A stretch of 29,296 nt of DNA, taken from the NCBI GenBank assembly GCA_050178385.1, contig JBFXGD010000027.1:1-29296 (forward strand). Reading direction: 5' to 3'. This DNA is from Calditrichaceae bacterium (GTDB lineage: Bacteria; Calditrichota; Calditrichia; Calditrichales; JBFXGD01). Below the pieces are notes generated by a model. It was not told the DNA's origin, made no database searches, and was given only the letters and a program-made list of their open reading frames with translations. Positions 17,781 through 27,843 of this stretch are shown here, piece after piece. Every line of letters starts with the position of its first letter. The first letter of the stretch is position 1. The translations under genes and the position numbers were made by a program.

Positions 17781-20147
17781 TTAAAAATTTATCTCATAGC
17801 GCGTACTGAGAATCGAATCGGACCAGTCGGCATTGTCACCGTAATCTATGTAATCATATCTAAGAGATAGATTACCATAGGATAGATTTCTCAAAGTCAA
17901 TCCGGTTGTATAGTTGATGCGGTTATAATTTTCATCCAGTGTAGTGCTTGATGTGCTTATATCCTGTAAGGTTATGTTCAGGAACGGTCTTAAATCGCTC
18001 TTCATCACCGCGTTTAAGATGCTGTAGTCAAGCCCGATAAATATTTTATTGATATCTGTGTTACGTTCCGTGTCATTTTTTCCAAAAATACTTGATGACT
18101 GTGAGTAGCTGAACTGAGTAGTGAGAGGAAATGAAAATTTATTGCGAATTCCGATACTGTAAAGAGTGAACTCTGACTGATTGGATTCAGTAGCAGCATC
18201 ATCTCTTAAATAGTTGGAGGCACTAAAAGTAGCGGTATTTTCAACACTTCCGGTTTTGAACTTATAACTTGATGACAGGCCGATTCGCTGGGTTGAATTG
18301 TCTTCCGGAAAAAGCAGGGAATCAGAAGTAGTCGGATCCAAATCATTTTTTCGGGATTGGTTTCCATAGGAAAGAGTAAGACTGGGCAGATTCTGCATTG
18401 GAAAATAGGATATAGCTCCTCCCACATCCGTATTGCTTGTCTGCGCATTGTCCTGATCAAGATTATCGTCAAATGCTTTGAAATAGATATTGAGATAAAC
18501 CTGATTGCTTAAAAGCCGCACATTGTCATTGATAAAAATCCCGCGGATGCCTTTTAATAAATATGGATTTCCCGGAGTTGTATAATCGGGATCTATGCTT
18601 TTATATGTAAGCTTCAAATTGTGTCTGAAATAATTGAGGCGTGTTTCGAACTGCATCGCGATACTTGGGATCGGCGCGAGGCCCTGACTGATTGTCAGAA
18701 ATCCTGTTTTGTCCATGAAGTTTACAAATGCTTCCGCCAGGTCTTTTTCTGAGCCGGTCAGATCATATCTGTCCGCCAGGGTATCAAAATCCACTTCGGT
18801 AGATGCGTCGTTATTTATCATGCTGGCGTGAAAACTGCCCAAAAATTGAATTCTGTGGCCGTCAAAATCGAGATTTAGAGTACTACCCATGACCAATGCT
18901 TCGCGCGGATTAGCGCCGTATTTAATTGAATTGGGATCATCTTTGCCGTTGACAAGATCCAATCCCCAGCTTACATGAGAGCCAAATTTAAATTCAGGTC
19001 TGATGCTGAAGAAAGACTGCTCATAACTTCCATATCGGGTAATTCTATCCTGATCAGTGTCAAAAAGCCCTTCAACTGCTCTGGCGGTCTGTCCAACACT
19101 TACATCCAGGTTAAAATACCTGAGATTCACCCCAAAACCCACTCCAAGAACTCTCCGGTCCCAGAAAGCAAGCGGGTCATAGTAGGAAGTAAAATCTCCC
19201 CCCTTTAGATAAATATTGGAATTGTCCCAAAAATTATAACGCAGCCGAATTCCAAATCGGTTCTCAGACTGACTGTTATAGCTTTCTTCCGAGCTCATCA
19301 AACCGGACGCGCCGATGTCAAAAGCGTTATAGCTCCCGTTAAAATCAAATCCCCCCCGGAAATAATTATCGGAAGTTTCAGAAATATTCTGATAACGGTT
19401 GTCGATAAAAATATTTGTACGTGAGGTGAATCCAGTTTGTCCTGATATTGTTTCGTTAATTTTAAACGACCAGTTTTTTTGCGCAAGCAGATTACCATTT
19501 TGATCATACACTTTAAATTCAGCGTCATGAGGGCCGGAACGAATTGATTTTGGGAGGAAAGTGTACAGATTTTCCTCTCTTATCAATAAAGTTGATAAAT
19601 TTATTCCGTCGATCAACAGGCGTGTTCGTGTAAAATCAACAAGGTCAAGGTCAAACGGGATGGACACGGCGATCATAAATTCATCATGCGCGACCGCTTC
19701 AAAAGGCTCCGGACTGAGAAGGAGAAGTTCGTAAGGGGTTGAAGCCGGACCTGTCTGCTGTTCTTCCTGCGGAGCAATCTCCATTCGGAACGGATTGACA
19801 TCAGGGGTGTACTCCGGTAGAGAAAGAACTTCGCCTGACGCACCTTCAAAAGCAAAATAGTATTCAACAGCACCGGATTGAATATTTTCCGTCGGGAGAT
19901 CGGCATAGAGACTAAATCCGTCATTTTTTAATTTAACAGAGTTGAATTCATGCTCTCCCTGACTCCTGTAAAGCAGAGTCGCGTTATAGAAACGTTCCTG
20001 GCGGTCGAGTATTCTTATCTCCAGATGCGCTATTTCGCCGTTGATGACGGGATCCGGAACTTCGTGCGCGAGCTGCCTGGAAATTGATCCGGCTGAAACG
20101 ATCTGAATGAAAAACACGATGAATACGAATATTAAAAGATTCTTCAT
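17781..20147 (-). CDS. Predicted outer-membrane beta-barrel protein with N-terminal beta-sandwich domains; function unknown
   Basis: Signal peptide MKNLLIFVFIVFFIQIVSA; AGGAG RBS before ATG 20147; alternating amphipathic beta strands over the C-terminal ~550 aa; terminal ...STRYEINF BAM-type motif. Confidence 0.75.
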   Translation of the reverse strand: MKNLLIFVFIVFFIQIVSAGSISRQLAHEVPDPVINGEIAHLEIRILDRQERFYNATLLYRSQGEHEFNSVKLKNDGFSLYADLPTENIQSGAVEYYFAFEGASGEVLSLPEYTPDVNPFRMEIAPQEEQQTGPASTPYELLLLSPEPFEAVAHDEFMIAVSIPFDLDLVDFTRTRLLIDGINLSTLLIREENLYTFLPKSIRSGPHDAEFKVYDQNGNLLAQKNWSFKINETISGQTGFTSRTNIFIDNRYQNISETSDNYFRGGFDFNGSYNAFDIGASGLMSSEESYNSQSENRFGIRLRYNFWDNSNIYLKGGDFTSYYDPLAFWDRRVLGVGFGVNLRYFNLDVSVGQTARAVEGLFDTDQDRITRYGSYEQSFFSIRPEFKFGSHVSWGLDLVNGKDDPNSIKYGANPREALVMGSTLNLDFDGHRIQFLGSFHASMINNDASTEVDFDTLADRYDLTGSEKDLAEAFVNFMDKTGFLTISQGLAPIPSIAMQFETRLNYFRHNLKLTYKSIDPDYTTPGNPYLLKGIRGIFINDNVRLLSNQVYLNIYFKAFDDNLDQDNAQTSNTDVGGAISYFPMQNLPSLTLSYGNQSRKNDLDPTTSDSLLFPEDNSTQRIGLSSSYKFKTGSVENTATFSASNYLRDDAATESNQSEFTLYSIGIRNKFSFPLTTQFSYSQSSSIFGKNDTERNTDINKIFIGLDYSILNAVMKSDLRPFLNITLQDISTSSTTLDENYNRINYTTGLTLRNLSYGNLSLRYDYIDYGDNADWSDSILSTRYEINF

Positions 20148-20173
20148 AATAAGCTCCTGGTGCAAGGAATTGA

Positions 20174-20857
20174 TTACTTAATTTTCTTTGCCTTGAATTT
20201 CAGCGTTTTTCTTAGTCCCTGATCATTCTGAAATTCAAATTCAAATTCATCGATTGATTCTTCATCGTCATCAAGTTGCGGTTTCTCGCCGGGTTTTGTT
20301 TTACGCACGATTGGTTTGGCGTTTAGTGAGCTGACATAACCGGTCTCACCTTCTCTCAGCAAAGCCGATCCTTTTTCATTACTTAGTTCAACAACGCCAT
20401 CTTCTCCGAAATAAAATGTCCCCCCCTTAAATTCCTGAACTGTCCAAAAAATGGTGCCTTTAACAGAAGCTACGGATGTGGGTGTAGATACCCGGTATGA
20501 AGCTTTTTGACTGGTTATTTTTGAGAAGATTGTACCGACTTCGACAAAGATGTTTTTGGCGATTCCGGCATCTTCTTTAGTAGTGTTTATGACACATGTG
20601 GAATTAGGGCGTATCCGTACCAGACTCGCGTCATCAATAAATTTGATTGCTATGTTGCCGTCTTTACCTGTAACAACCTGATCGCCGGATTCCAGACGGT
20701 AACCGCGATTAATCTTTGAATCTATTTTCGAGTCTGCTTTTTTTACACTGACGCTGCCCTTGGATTTTATAACAACGGCAACAGGATTGGCTGAAAATGA
20801 CAGGCCAACCGCAAGCAAAAGGATGATAGAAATAAAATTGATTCTTAAGTTCTTCAT
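20174..20857 (-). CDS. Secreted FecR-domain protein
   Basis: Signal peptide; LESGDQVVTGKDG, FIDDASLVRIRPNS, VSTPTSVASVKGTIF, GVVEL match the FecR-like domain seen beside CHASE2 cyclases. Confidence 0.85.
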   Translation of the reverse strand: MKNLRINFISIILLLAVGLSFSANPVAVVIKSKGSVSVKKADSKIDSKINRGYRLESGDQVVTGKDGNIAIKFIDDASLVRIRPNSTCVINTTKEDAGIAKNIFVEVGTIFSKITSQKASYRVSTPTSVASVKGTIFWTVQEFKGGTFYFGEDGVVELSNEKGSALLREGETGYVSSLNAKPIVRKTKPGEKPQLDDDEESIDEFEFEFQNDQGLRKTLKFKAKKIK

Positions 20858-20867
20858 ATCCAGCCCC

Positions 20868-21971
20868 TTAGTTACTGCTTTGTAAAATTAAATCAAGAAT
20901 TTCTACTTTTTGGCCTTTGTATTTATTTATAAGCTCATAGAGTTCCTGGGAAGTGATTTCCTGTCCGTTTATCCGCACCGATTTTAGATAGTAATCCAGC
21001 AGGCTCTTTGATATCTCGTCTGCTCGTTCAGCTCCTATAAAATCAGCAAGAAGATCTTCAATGTCGCCTTTAATCAGAAAATCCTGCAAATTGGACATAT
21101 TCGAAGGATCCATGAGTTTAAACTGCCAGACTTCACTGAACAGAGCGTCTTCTCCTGCTGATGTGGGGATAAAAGACCTGACAAGCCAGTAATATGTTTT
21201 GCCAAATTCCAGCGGCAAAGCGCCAATGGCAGGATATTGGATCGAAAGGGATGATACCCTCTCTGAAGCCCAGCTTGGAGTCATATTCAATATATCATCT
21301 ATTGTCTGAACGCCTCGTCTTTTCTCAAAAACCAGTACCTGGTAATCACCGCTGGTGCCGATCCATTGGAATAACGGAAATTCCATATAGATTTCTTCCG
21401 GGCTGCCATAACCGATCAAATTTCCCGGTGTAACGAGCTGAATTAGGGATGGGTTACTGATACTGAAAAAGATTTTATCATCGCTAAAATTTCCGGTCGG
21501 TGTGAATATATCGATCCGTAAATTATAATTACCTACGGGTAGCCGGCCGGAGGAGAGCAAATCTTTCTGTAATTCATTTCCTGCTTCTTTTACGCCGCTC
21601 TCATAAAAGTGGACAGAAGACTGGCCGTTAAAATCAAATTGATTGTTGATGAGAACAATGTTGTCTGTGGAGTAGGGTCCCCCCGATGGGAGTGTAAAAT
21701 CGCGCGATTTTGCCAGGAAAAGAGGCTCAGAATCACGGGTGATTCTGATTTCCATCCTGCTGTTTGGTATTGCGGGGCCTGAATTTATAATGTCAACTTC
21801 AAATAATCTCTTGCCCTTGCCCGTTTGCATGAGATCAAGATCAGATAAGTAGACAATTTTGTAGACGTCCGTATCAAGCAAACGGATATTTAAATTAACC
21901 TGAGCGCCTGAATATGAAAAACTAAGCAGAATAATGGCTGCCATGAAGCTTTTCAGAATAAAATTCTTCAT
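20868..21971 (-). CDS. Secreted hypothetical protein with Ig/FN3-like domains
   Basis: Signal peptide ending SYSGA-Q; GGGAGG RBS; IQLVTPG...PLFQW...YQVLVFE...LEFGKTYYWLV FN3-like pattern. Confidence 0.75.
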   Translation of the reverse strand: MKNFILKSFMAAIILLSFSYSGAQVNLNIRLLDTDVYKIVYLSDLDLMQTGKGKRLFEVDIINSGPAIPNSRMEIRITRDSEPLFLAKSRDFTLPSGGPYSTDNIVLINNQFDFNGQSSVHFYESGVKEAGNELQKDLLSSGRLPVGNYNLRIDIFTPTGNFSDDKIFFSISNPSLIQLVTPGNLIGYGSPEEIYMEFPLFQWIGTSGDYQVLVFEKRRGVQTIDDILNMTPSWASERVSSLSIQYPAIGALPLEFGKTYYWLVRSFIPTSAGEDALFSEVWQFKLMDPSNMSNLQDFLIKGDIEDLLADFIGAERADEISKSLLDYYLKSVRINGQEITSQELYELINKYKGQKVEILDLILQSSN

Positions 21972-22206
21972 ATCTCGATCCTCCCGAATCTATGTATGAA
22001 AGGAAATATATGATTATAGATAATTTGGTTCATGATTAAAGTCACATGTGCCTGTATTAAAAAAAGAATTGCAAACTGCAAAAGAATACAGCTATTTACA
22101 TTTTAAATCAATCAAAGAAAAAAATATTTTCATTCACATGCTAAAATGATTCATCACGATTCACAGTTGAATTATTAAATCGGGGTTTACAATTTCCGGT
22201 TAAATG

Positions 22207-23028
22207 TCATAAACCGGAAAATATTTCTTCAACAATACCGGCCACGAGGGCTAAAAATTTCTCTTTCACGCGGTTGGCGGTGACAGTCACCTCTTCATGA
22301 GAAAGTTTTTCAGCGCTGATACCGGTGGCAAAATTGGTGATACACGAAATACCGATGACTTTGATACCCGCGTGCGCGGAAGCAATGACCTCCGGAACGG
22401 TTGACATGCTCGCCGCGTCACCGCCGAACTTTTGAATCATTTTTACTTCTGCGGCTGTTTCGTACGTTGGTCCTGTGGATGTCCACAATACACCACGTTT
22501 GAGCGCGATATGATTTTCCAACGCAATCCTGTCTATCAGATCGAAATATTCGGTGGCATAGGCGTCTGACATGTCGGGAAATCTGGGTCCTTCATATTGA
22601 GACGGTCCGGTCAACGGGGACTGGAACATAAAATTTACCTGATCGGTTATCAGCATCAGGTCACCTGGCACAAAGCGCGGATTCACGGTGCCGGCTGCGT
22701 TGGTCACCAAAAGTACCTTGATCCCGAATGCCTGCATGATGCGCACAACAAATGTTACCTCATCCTGAGTGTAGCCTTCGTAATAATGTGTGCGTCCCTG
22801 AACCGCCATCAGTTCAACTCCCTTATGACTGCCAAACACAAGATAGCCTTCGTGTCCGGCGACAGTTGATTTTGGATAATGCGGGATTTTGCTTGTGGGA
22901 ATTTTTACTTTATTCTCAAGAGTATCGGCATATGCTCCGAGACCGCTTCCGAGTATGACCGCGGCTTTTGGTTTCATTGATGTATAAGATAAAATAAATT
23001 TTTGCGCTTCTTTGATTTTTAAGTTCAT
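22207..23028 (-). CDS. punA: Purine nucleoside phosphorylase (trimeric PNP-I type)
   Basis: ILGSGLG, STVAGHEG, QGRTHYYEG, TNAAG, GPTYETAAE, MSTVPE, ITN, LSHEEV. Confidence 0.93.
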   Translation of the reverse strand: MNLKIKEAQKFILSYTSMKPKAAVILGSGLGAYADTLENKVKIPTSKIPHYPKSTVAGHEGYLVFGSHKGVELMAVQGRTHYYEGYTQDEVTFVVRIMQAFGIKVLLVTNAAGTVNPRFVPGDLMLITDQVNFMFQSPLTGPSQYEGPRFPDMSDAYATEYFDLIDRIALENHIALKRGVLWTSTGPTYETAAEVKMIQKFGGDAASMSTVPEVIASAHAGIKVIGISCITNFATGISAEKLSHEEVTVTANRVKEKFLALVAGIVEEIFSGL

Positions 23029-23570
23029 TTTGTTCCGCTTTCGAAATAGGTCTTTATAAATACTTTAAAATATAATATAAATGAATAAAAAATGCCTGCT
23101 GCCGCGGCAATACTGGCCAACTCAAAAAGTTGCCTATAGCCGAGAATAAATAACAGTATGGCTACAGCTATGATATTTACAGTTATTTTCCCGGGCATGT
23201 TTGATGGTTCGACCACGCTTTTTTTGTTCAGAATGAACAAAGATCCGATCAAAATAAGAACATCCCGTCCAACTATAACTATTAAAAACCACAATGGCAG
23301 ATCCTGATATAAATAAAGAGCAATGACTCCTCCGCCAATAGCAATTTTATCCGCGACAGGGTCGAGGATTTTCCCAAGTTCTGTGATCTGATTCAGCTTT
23401 CTGGCAAAATATCCGTCAAGAAAATCGGTCAGCATGGCCAACAAGGTTACCAGCAACAAAATCAGGTTCTGTTTTTCTCTGATCAAATAAAAAAACGGAA
23501 AAATGACAAATATTCTGCTAAAACTCAAACAATTTGAAAGTGTAAATATTTTTTGATTTTTCAATTCCAT
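23025..23570 (-). CDS. CDP-alcohol phosphatidyltransferase (PgsA-like)
   Basis: TDFLDGYFARKLNQITELGKILDPVADK signature; GRD; hydrophobic. Confidence 0.92.
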   Translation of the reverse strand: MELKNQKIFTLSNCLSFSRIFVIFPFFYLIREKQNLILLLVTLLAMLTDFLDGYFARKLNQITELGKILDPVADKIAIGGGVIALYLYQDLPLWFLIVIVGRDVLILIGSLFILNKKSVVEPSNMPGKITVNIIAVAILLFILGYRQLFELASIAAAAGIFYSFILYFKVFIKTYFESGTK

Positions 23571-25276
23571 TCCACTAAAAAGGGCATAATCGCTAATGGC
23601 TGATTTTGAATTTGTCCTATATGTGCCAATAAAAAATCAATCTGCTCAATATAAGATTTATTCTTTACAGAGATAGCGTCAAAGAGCTGATAGAACAGCG
23701 ATTTTTCTTTGGGATAATAAACCAGCCGCACGGATTCATTCTCCGGTATGCCGCTCATTTTTTTCGCGACATCAATGGCAGTGTAAAAAGTACCTGTTTT
23801 ATCAATTAACCCGTTGTTGAATGCCTGCGAGCCTGTCCAAACGTGGCCCTGGGCAAGTGATTCAGTCTTTTCATATGAAATATCGCGGGCGGCAGAGACC
23901 ATTCCGACAAAATCAGTATAAAAACTTTCGATTAATTTATATACAATAGCTCTTTCTGATTCGCTCCATGGTTTCATGATGGAGAAAAGCCCCGCGTTTT
24001 TTCCGCGTCCGAGCTGCTCGATATTGAGATCCAGTTTTTTATATAAGCCGGTAACATTAAATTTCCCGGCATAGATTCCAATGGAGCCCACGAGACTCGC
24101 GGGATTGGCGATCACAGTGTCGGCGCCCATCGCTATATAAAATCCGCCCGATGCTCCGTAGTCTGAAATGGAGGCGATCACCGGTTTTTTTTCAGCCGCT
24201 TTTTTTATAGCGGCCCATATTATCTCTGAAGCGGTGGCGGATCCTCCCGGACTGTCAATTCTTAAAATGATTGCTTTTACACTACCGGAAGCCGCGGCTT
24301 TTTCCAATTCGCTGACAATGGTTGATGATCCCATCACTTTCCCGAAGACAGGATCTTCCCCGTCACCTCCGCTCGCGATTGTTCCGGAGCAATTGATAAC
24401 CGCAATTTTCGATTTATTTCTGATACTCAGTGAACTGGCCGGAACGGACGCGTACCGCGTCGCGGAAATTTTTGTAGGCTTTTTGTCACCGGTTTTTAAT
24501 TTTTCCTGTACATCTGATAAAAAGGCTGTTCCGTCTATTAATCCAAATTGCCGGGCTTCTTTACCTGTAAATCCGGAAAAATCATTTATCAGTTTATTAA
24601 CGTCTCCGGCGGGAATCGATCTTTTTAAAGAGATGGTTTGGATAATGTCTTCATAGTATTCATCAAGGATGGATCCAAGAACTTCCTTCTGATCCGGAGA
24701 CATTGTGCGTCTTGTATAAGGATCGGGCGCGTTCTTGTATTTTCCGATTTGAATAAATTCGGCCTGAATGCCAAACTTATCAAAAAGGCCTTTATAAAAC
24801 ATAATTTCAGAACTAAGACCCGTAATGAATAAATTTCCTGACGGAGGCATGAATATGGAATCACAAGCGGTTGCCAGATAATATTCTTTTGTCAGGGGTG
24901 TTTCAACATAGGCGAATATTTTTTTCCCGCTTTTTTTATATTCATCAATTATGACGTGTAGTTCCTGCAGCTTTGCATATCCGGTTTGAAGAAAGTTGAT
25001 CTGTAGAATAACGCCGTTGATACGGTCATCAACAGCAGCTTTTTCAAGGTCTTCACGAATTTTTTTCATATCAAGTGAAGCCCGCCCGAAAAAATCTTCC
25101 AGCGGGTCAGGCGGAACATATTCAGCCAATTCTCCGGAAATCTGAATATGCAGATACGAATTCGGAGAAACCGTTGGTTCCGTATCCAGAAGCGAATTCA
25201 GCAGGAAAACGACCGCGATAACAAGGACGATAAATACAGACAGAATCACCGCAAGCCATTTTAAAAATGTCTTCAT
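23561..25276 (-). CDS. sppA: Signal peptide peptidase SppA (protease IV, 67K type)
   Basis: N-terminal TM; two S49 domains; GKYKNA catalytic Lys, RIDSPGGS, ASGGFYIA catalytic Ser, GSIGI, GHVWTG. Alternative TTG start at 25282. Confidence 0.95.
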   Translation of the reverse strand: MKTFLKWLAVILSVFIVLVIAVVFLLNSLLDTEPTVSPNSYLHIQISGELAEYVPPDPLEDFFGRASLDMKKIREDLEKAAVDDRINGVILQINFLQTGYAKLQELHVIIDEYKKSGKKIFAYVETPLTKEYYLATACDSIFMPPSGNLFITGLSSEIMFYKGLFDKFGIQAEFIQIGKYKNAPDPYTRRTMSPDQKEVLGSILDEYYEDIIQTISLKRSIPAGDVNKLINDFSGFTGKEARQFGLIDGTAFLSDVQEKLKTGDKKPTKISATRYASVPASSLSIRNKSKIAVINCSGTIASGGDGEDPVFGKVMGSSTIVSELEKAAASGSVKAIILRIDSPGGSATASEIIWAAIKKAAEKKPVIASISDYGASGGFYIAMGADTVIANPASLVGSIGIYAGKFNVTGLYKKLDLNIEQLGRGKNAGLFSIMKPWSESERAIVYKLIESFYTDFVGMVSAARDISYEKTESLAQGHVWTGSQAFNNGLIDKTGTFYTAIDVAKKMSGIPENESVRLVYYPKEKSLFYQLFDAISVKNKSYIEQIDFLLAHIGQIQNQPLAIMPFLVEWN

Positions 25277-25292
25277 AATCAAAGCCCGTTAT

Positions 25293-26606
25293 TTATAAGG
25301 TGATCAGAAATCCGGCAATTGTAGCCGTCATAAAAGTTGCCAAAGATCCGCCGAGAACGGCGAGTAATCCGTATTTGGCAAGATCACTCCTTCTTGTCGG
25401 CGCGATTCCTCCGATTCCTCCGATTTGAATGGCGATAGAAGAAAAGTTCGCGAATCCGCAAAGGGCGTAAGTCGATATAATGACCGCTTTTTCACTTAAC
25501 ACTCCGGTTGGTATCAATTGAGAAAGATTTAGGTAAGCGATAAACTCATTTAATACGACTTTCTGTCCGATCAAGGAACCGACATTAACGGCATCAGCCC
25601 ATGGTACGCCAATTACCCAGGCAATGGGACTGAGCACATAACCCAGGATAATTTCCAATGAGACCGGGGCGCCGGAGGCGGTTGTAAGTCCGAACATACC
25701 GGTCAAAATACCTTCCAGTATCCAGTTAATCATAGCTATAAGAGCGATAAAGGCCAAAAGCATTCCGGCGACATTGAGCGCTAATTTCAGACCGTCGGCT
25801 GCTCCGGTGGCTGCGGCTTCAATGACATTGGAGGATGTCTTTTCTATTTCGACCTTAACCTGGCCCATCGTAAGAGATTTCTCTCTTTCAGGGACAAGAA
25901 TTTTAGCAATCACTATTGTTGCCGGTGCCGCCATAATACTGGCGGACAGCAGGTGTTTCGCGTAATATAATTGTTGCGCGGGATCTGCGCCGCCTAAAAG
26001 ACCTACATAAGCAGCAAGCACACCGCCGGCGATTGTTGCCATACCCCCGACCATAAGAGTAAGCAGCTCGGATTTCGTCATGGTTTCAACATAGGGCCGG
26101 ACAACAAGCGGGGCTTCGGTTTGACCAATAAAGACATTCGCGGCCACAGAAATCGATTCAGAGCCGCTGATATTTAAAAGTTTAGCCATTACCCAGGCCA
26201 TTCCCTGAACTATTTTTTGCATGATTCCCAAATGGTACAAAACGGACATAAGGGATGAAAAAAAGATGATTGTAGGCAATACCTGAAAAGCAAAAATGAA
26301 TCCGGCTCCGGTGGACTTCAGAGCATCTGGAAAGGCTTGGCCGAATTTTCCCTGATCAGCCAGCGCGCCAAATACAAATGCGGATCCCTCACCGGTGAAG
26401 GAAATAATTTGTACAAAAAAGTTGCCGATATAATTAAAAAATGTGGCTCCCCACGGCGTAAGAATAACAAAAATCGCGAATACAATCTGCATCGCAAGGC
26501 CTATCGCCACTTGTTTCCAGTTGATTTTCTTTTTATTGTTCGAAAAAAGAAACGCTAAACCGATTAATGTTATTAAACCAAACACAGCAAATAAGAAATC
26601 ATTCAT
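25293..26606 (-). CDS. nupC: Concentrative nucleoside transporter (CNT/NupC family)
   Basis: FAFQVLPTIIFFSS, NVFIGQTEAPL, GMATIAGGV, NEFIAY, LCGFANFSSIAIQIGG. Confidence 0.95.
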   Translation of the reverse strand: MNDFLFAVFGLITLIGLAFLFSNNKKKINWKQVAIGLAMQIVFAIFVILTPWGATFFNYIGNFFVQIISFTGEGSAFVFGALADQGKFGQAFPDALKSTGAGFIFAFQVLPTIIFFSSLMSVLYHLGIMQKIVQGMAWVMAKLLNISGSESISVAANVFIGQTEAPLVVRPYVETMTKSELLTLMVGGMATIAGGVLAAYVGLLGGADPAQQLYYAKHLLSASIMAAPATIVIAKILVPEREKSLTMGQVKVEIEKTSSNVIEAAATGAADGLKLALNVAGMLLAFIALIAMINWILEGILTGMFGLTTASGAPVSLEIILGYVLSPIAWVIGVPWADAVNVGSLIGQKVVLNEFIAYLNLSQLIPTGVLSEKAVIISTYALCGFANFSSIAIQIGGIGGIAPTRRSDLAKYGLLAVLGGSLATFMTATIAGFLITL

Positions 26607-27190
26607 TCTGATTTATTCTCCTTCTCTTCTTCCGCAGGCGGTACAAAGCAATTTCGGCACCGGGCTTCATAGATATCCGTCGCTCCCACAAGAATTCTTT
26701 CAGTGTCACCCGATTTTCTGTACGTATGATTAGCGGGGTTTCCGCAAATAGTACATATGGCATGTGTTTTTGTGATGTATTCGGCAATGGCGAGAAGCTG
26801 CGGAATTGATCCAAATGGTAATCCTCTATAATCCTGATCCAGGCCGGCTACAATGACCCTTTTTCCCATATTGGCCAGAGTCTGGCAAATTTTAATGATT
26901 GACTCGTCAAAAAACTGAGCTTCATCGATGCCCACAACCTGCGCTTCAAGAGCATAAGTCAGAATTTCTTCCGGTTTTTGTATGGTTCTTGAATTAATTT
27001 TCTGAAAATCATGGGATACAATCTGTTGTTTACTGTATCTGTCATCAATTTTAGGTTTGAATATTTCAACTTTTTGTCTGGCTATTGTCGCCCTTCGAAG
27101 CCGGCGGATCAGCTCCTCCGTTTTTCCGCTGAACATGCTTCCGCAGATAACTTCGATCCAACCCGTGTGCTGTTTCACTACATGCATCAT
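26603..27190 (-). CDS. tdk: Thymidine kinase
   Basis: GSMFSGKTEEL P-loop, IDEAQFF, AGLDQDYRG, Zn-binding CTIC...CRNC. Confidence 0.97.
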   Translation of the reverse strand: MMHVVKQHTGWIEVICGSMFSGKTEELIRRLRRATIARQKVEIFKPKIDDRYSKQQIVSHDFQKINSRTIQKPEEILTYALEAQVVGIDEAQFFDESIIKICQTLANMGKRVIVAGLDQDYRGLPFGSIPQLLAIAEYITKTHAICTICGNPANHTYRKSGDTERILVGATDIYEARCRNCFVPPAEEEKENKSE

Positions 27191-27216
27191 AATTAGAAAT
27201 ATATCCTATTTTTAAT

Positions 27217-27843
27217 TCAGTTTCTGGTTCTTAGAAGTGATTCGATTTTTGTAGTCAATAAATCTATGGCGACTAAATTTTTTCCTCCGCGCGGGATGAT
27301 AATATGGGCGTGACGTTTCGAAGGTTCAACAAATTGGAAATACATCGGCCTTACAGTCTCGGTATATTGTGTAATAACCGATTCAACCGATCGGCCCCGT
27401 TCGTTTATGTCTCTCCGCAGCCTCCTGATAAAACAGATATCCGGATCTGTATCGATAAAGACCATTATATCCATCAAATCCCGAAGACCGAGCTCGCTCA
27501 ATATTAAAATACCTTCCAAAATTACTATGGCATGAGGACCAACTTTCTTCGTTTCATCAAGCCGGCTATGCGTCTTATAGTCATAGACAGGATGTTCTAT
27601 TGGTTCACCATTCAGCAATTGCTTGATATGTTTCTGCAGCAGGCGGTGATCAAAAGAATCAGGGTGATCAAAATTCCTTCCGGTCCGTTCATCAAACGGA
27701 ATATTGGAAAGGTCATGATAATATGAATCTTCCTGAATCATCAGAACTTTTTCTGAACCCAGTTTCTCAATGATTGTATTTGCGACAAGTGTCTTGCCTG
27801 AGCCCGAAGCGCCGGCAATGCCGATAAGGATATTTTTATTCAT
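27217..27843 (-). CDS. udk: Uridine kinase
   Basis: GIAGASGSGKT, DSYY, NFDHPDSFD, EGIL, RRLRRDINERGR, IIPRGG. Confidence 0.97.
   Translation of the reverse strand: MNKNILIGIAGASGSGKTLVANTIIEKLGSEKVLMIQEDSYYHDLSNIPFDERTGRNFDHPDSFDHRLLQKHIKQLLNGEPIEHPVYDYKTHSRLDETKKVGPHAIVILEGILILSELGLRDLMDIMVFIDTDPDICFIRRLRRDINERGRSVESVITQYTETVRPMYFQFVEPSKRHAHIIIPRGGKNLVAIDLLTTKIESLLRTRN

Noticed and set aside
24168..24656. 162-aa plus-strand ORF within sppA
   Set aside because: Antisense shadow of sppA.
23561..25276. SppA as a dedicated processing enzyme for the small peptides
   Set aside because: A housekeeping gene about 3.7 kb away in a different operon; nothing in the sequence links it to the peptides.
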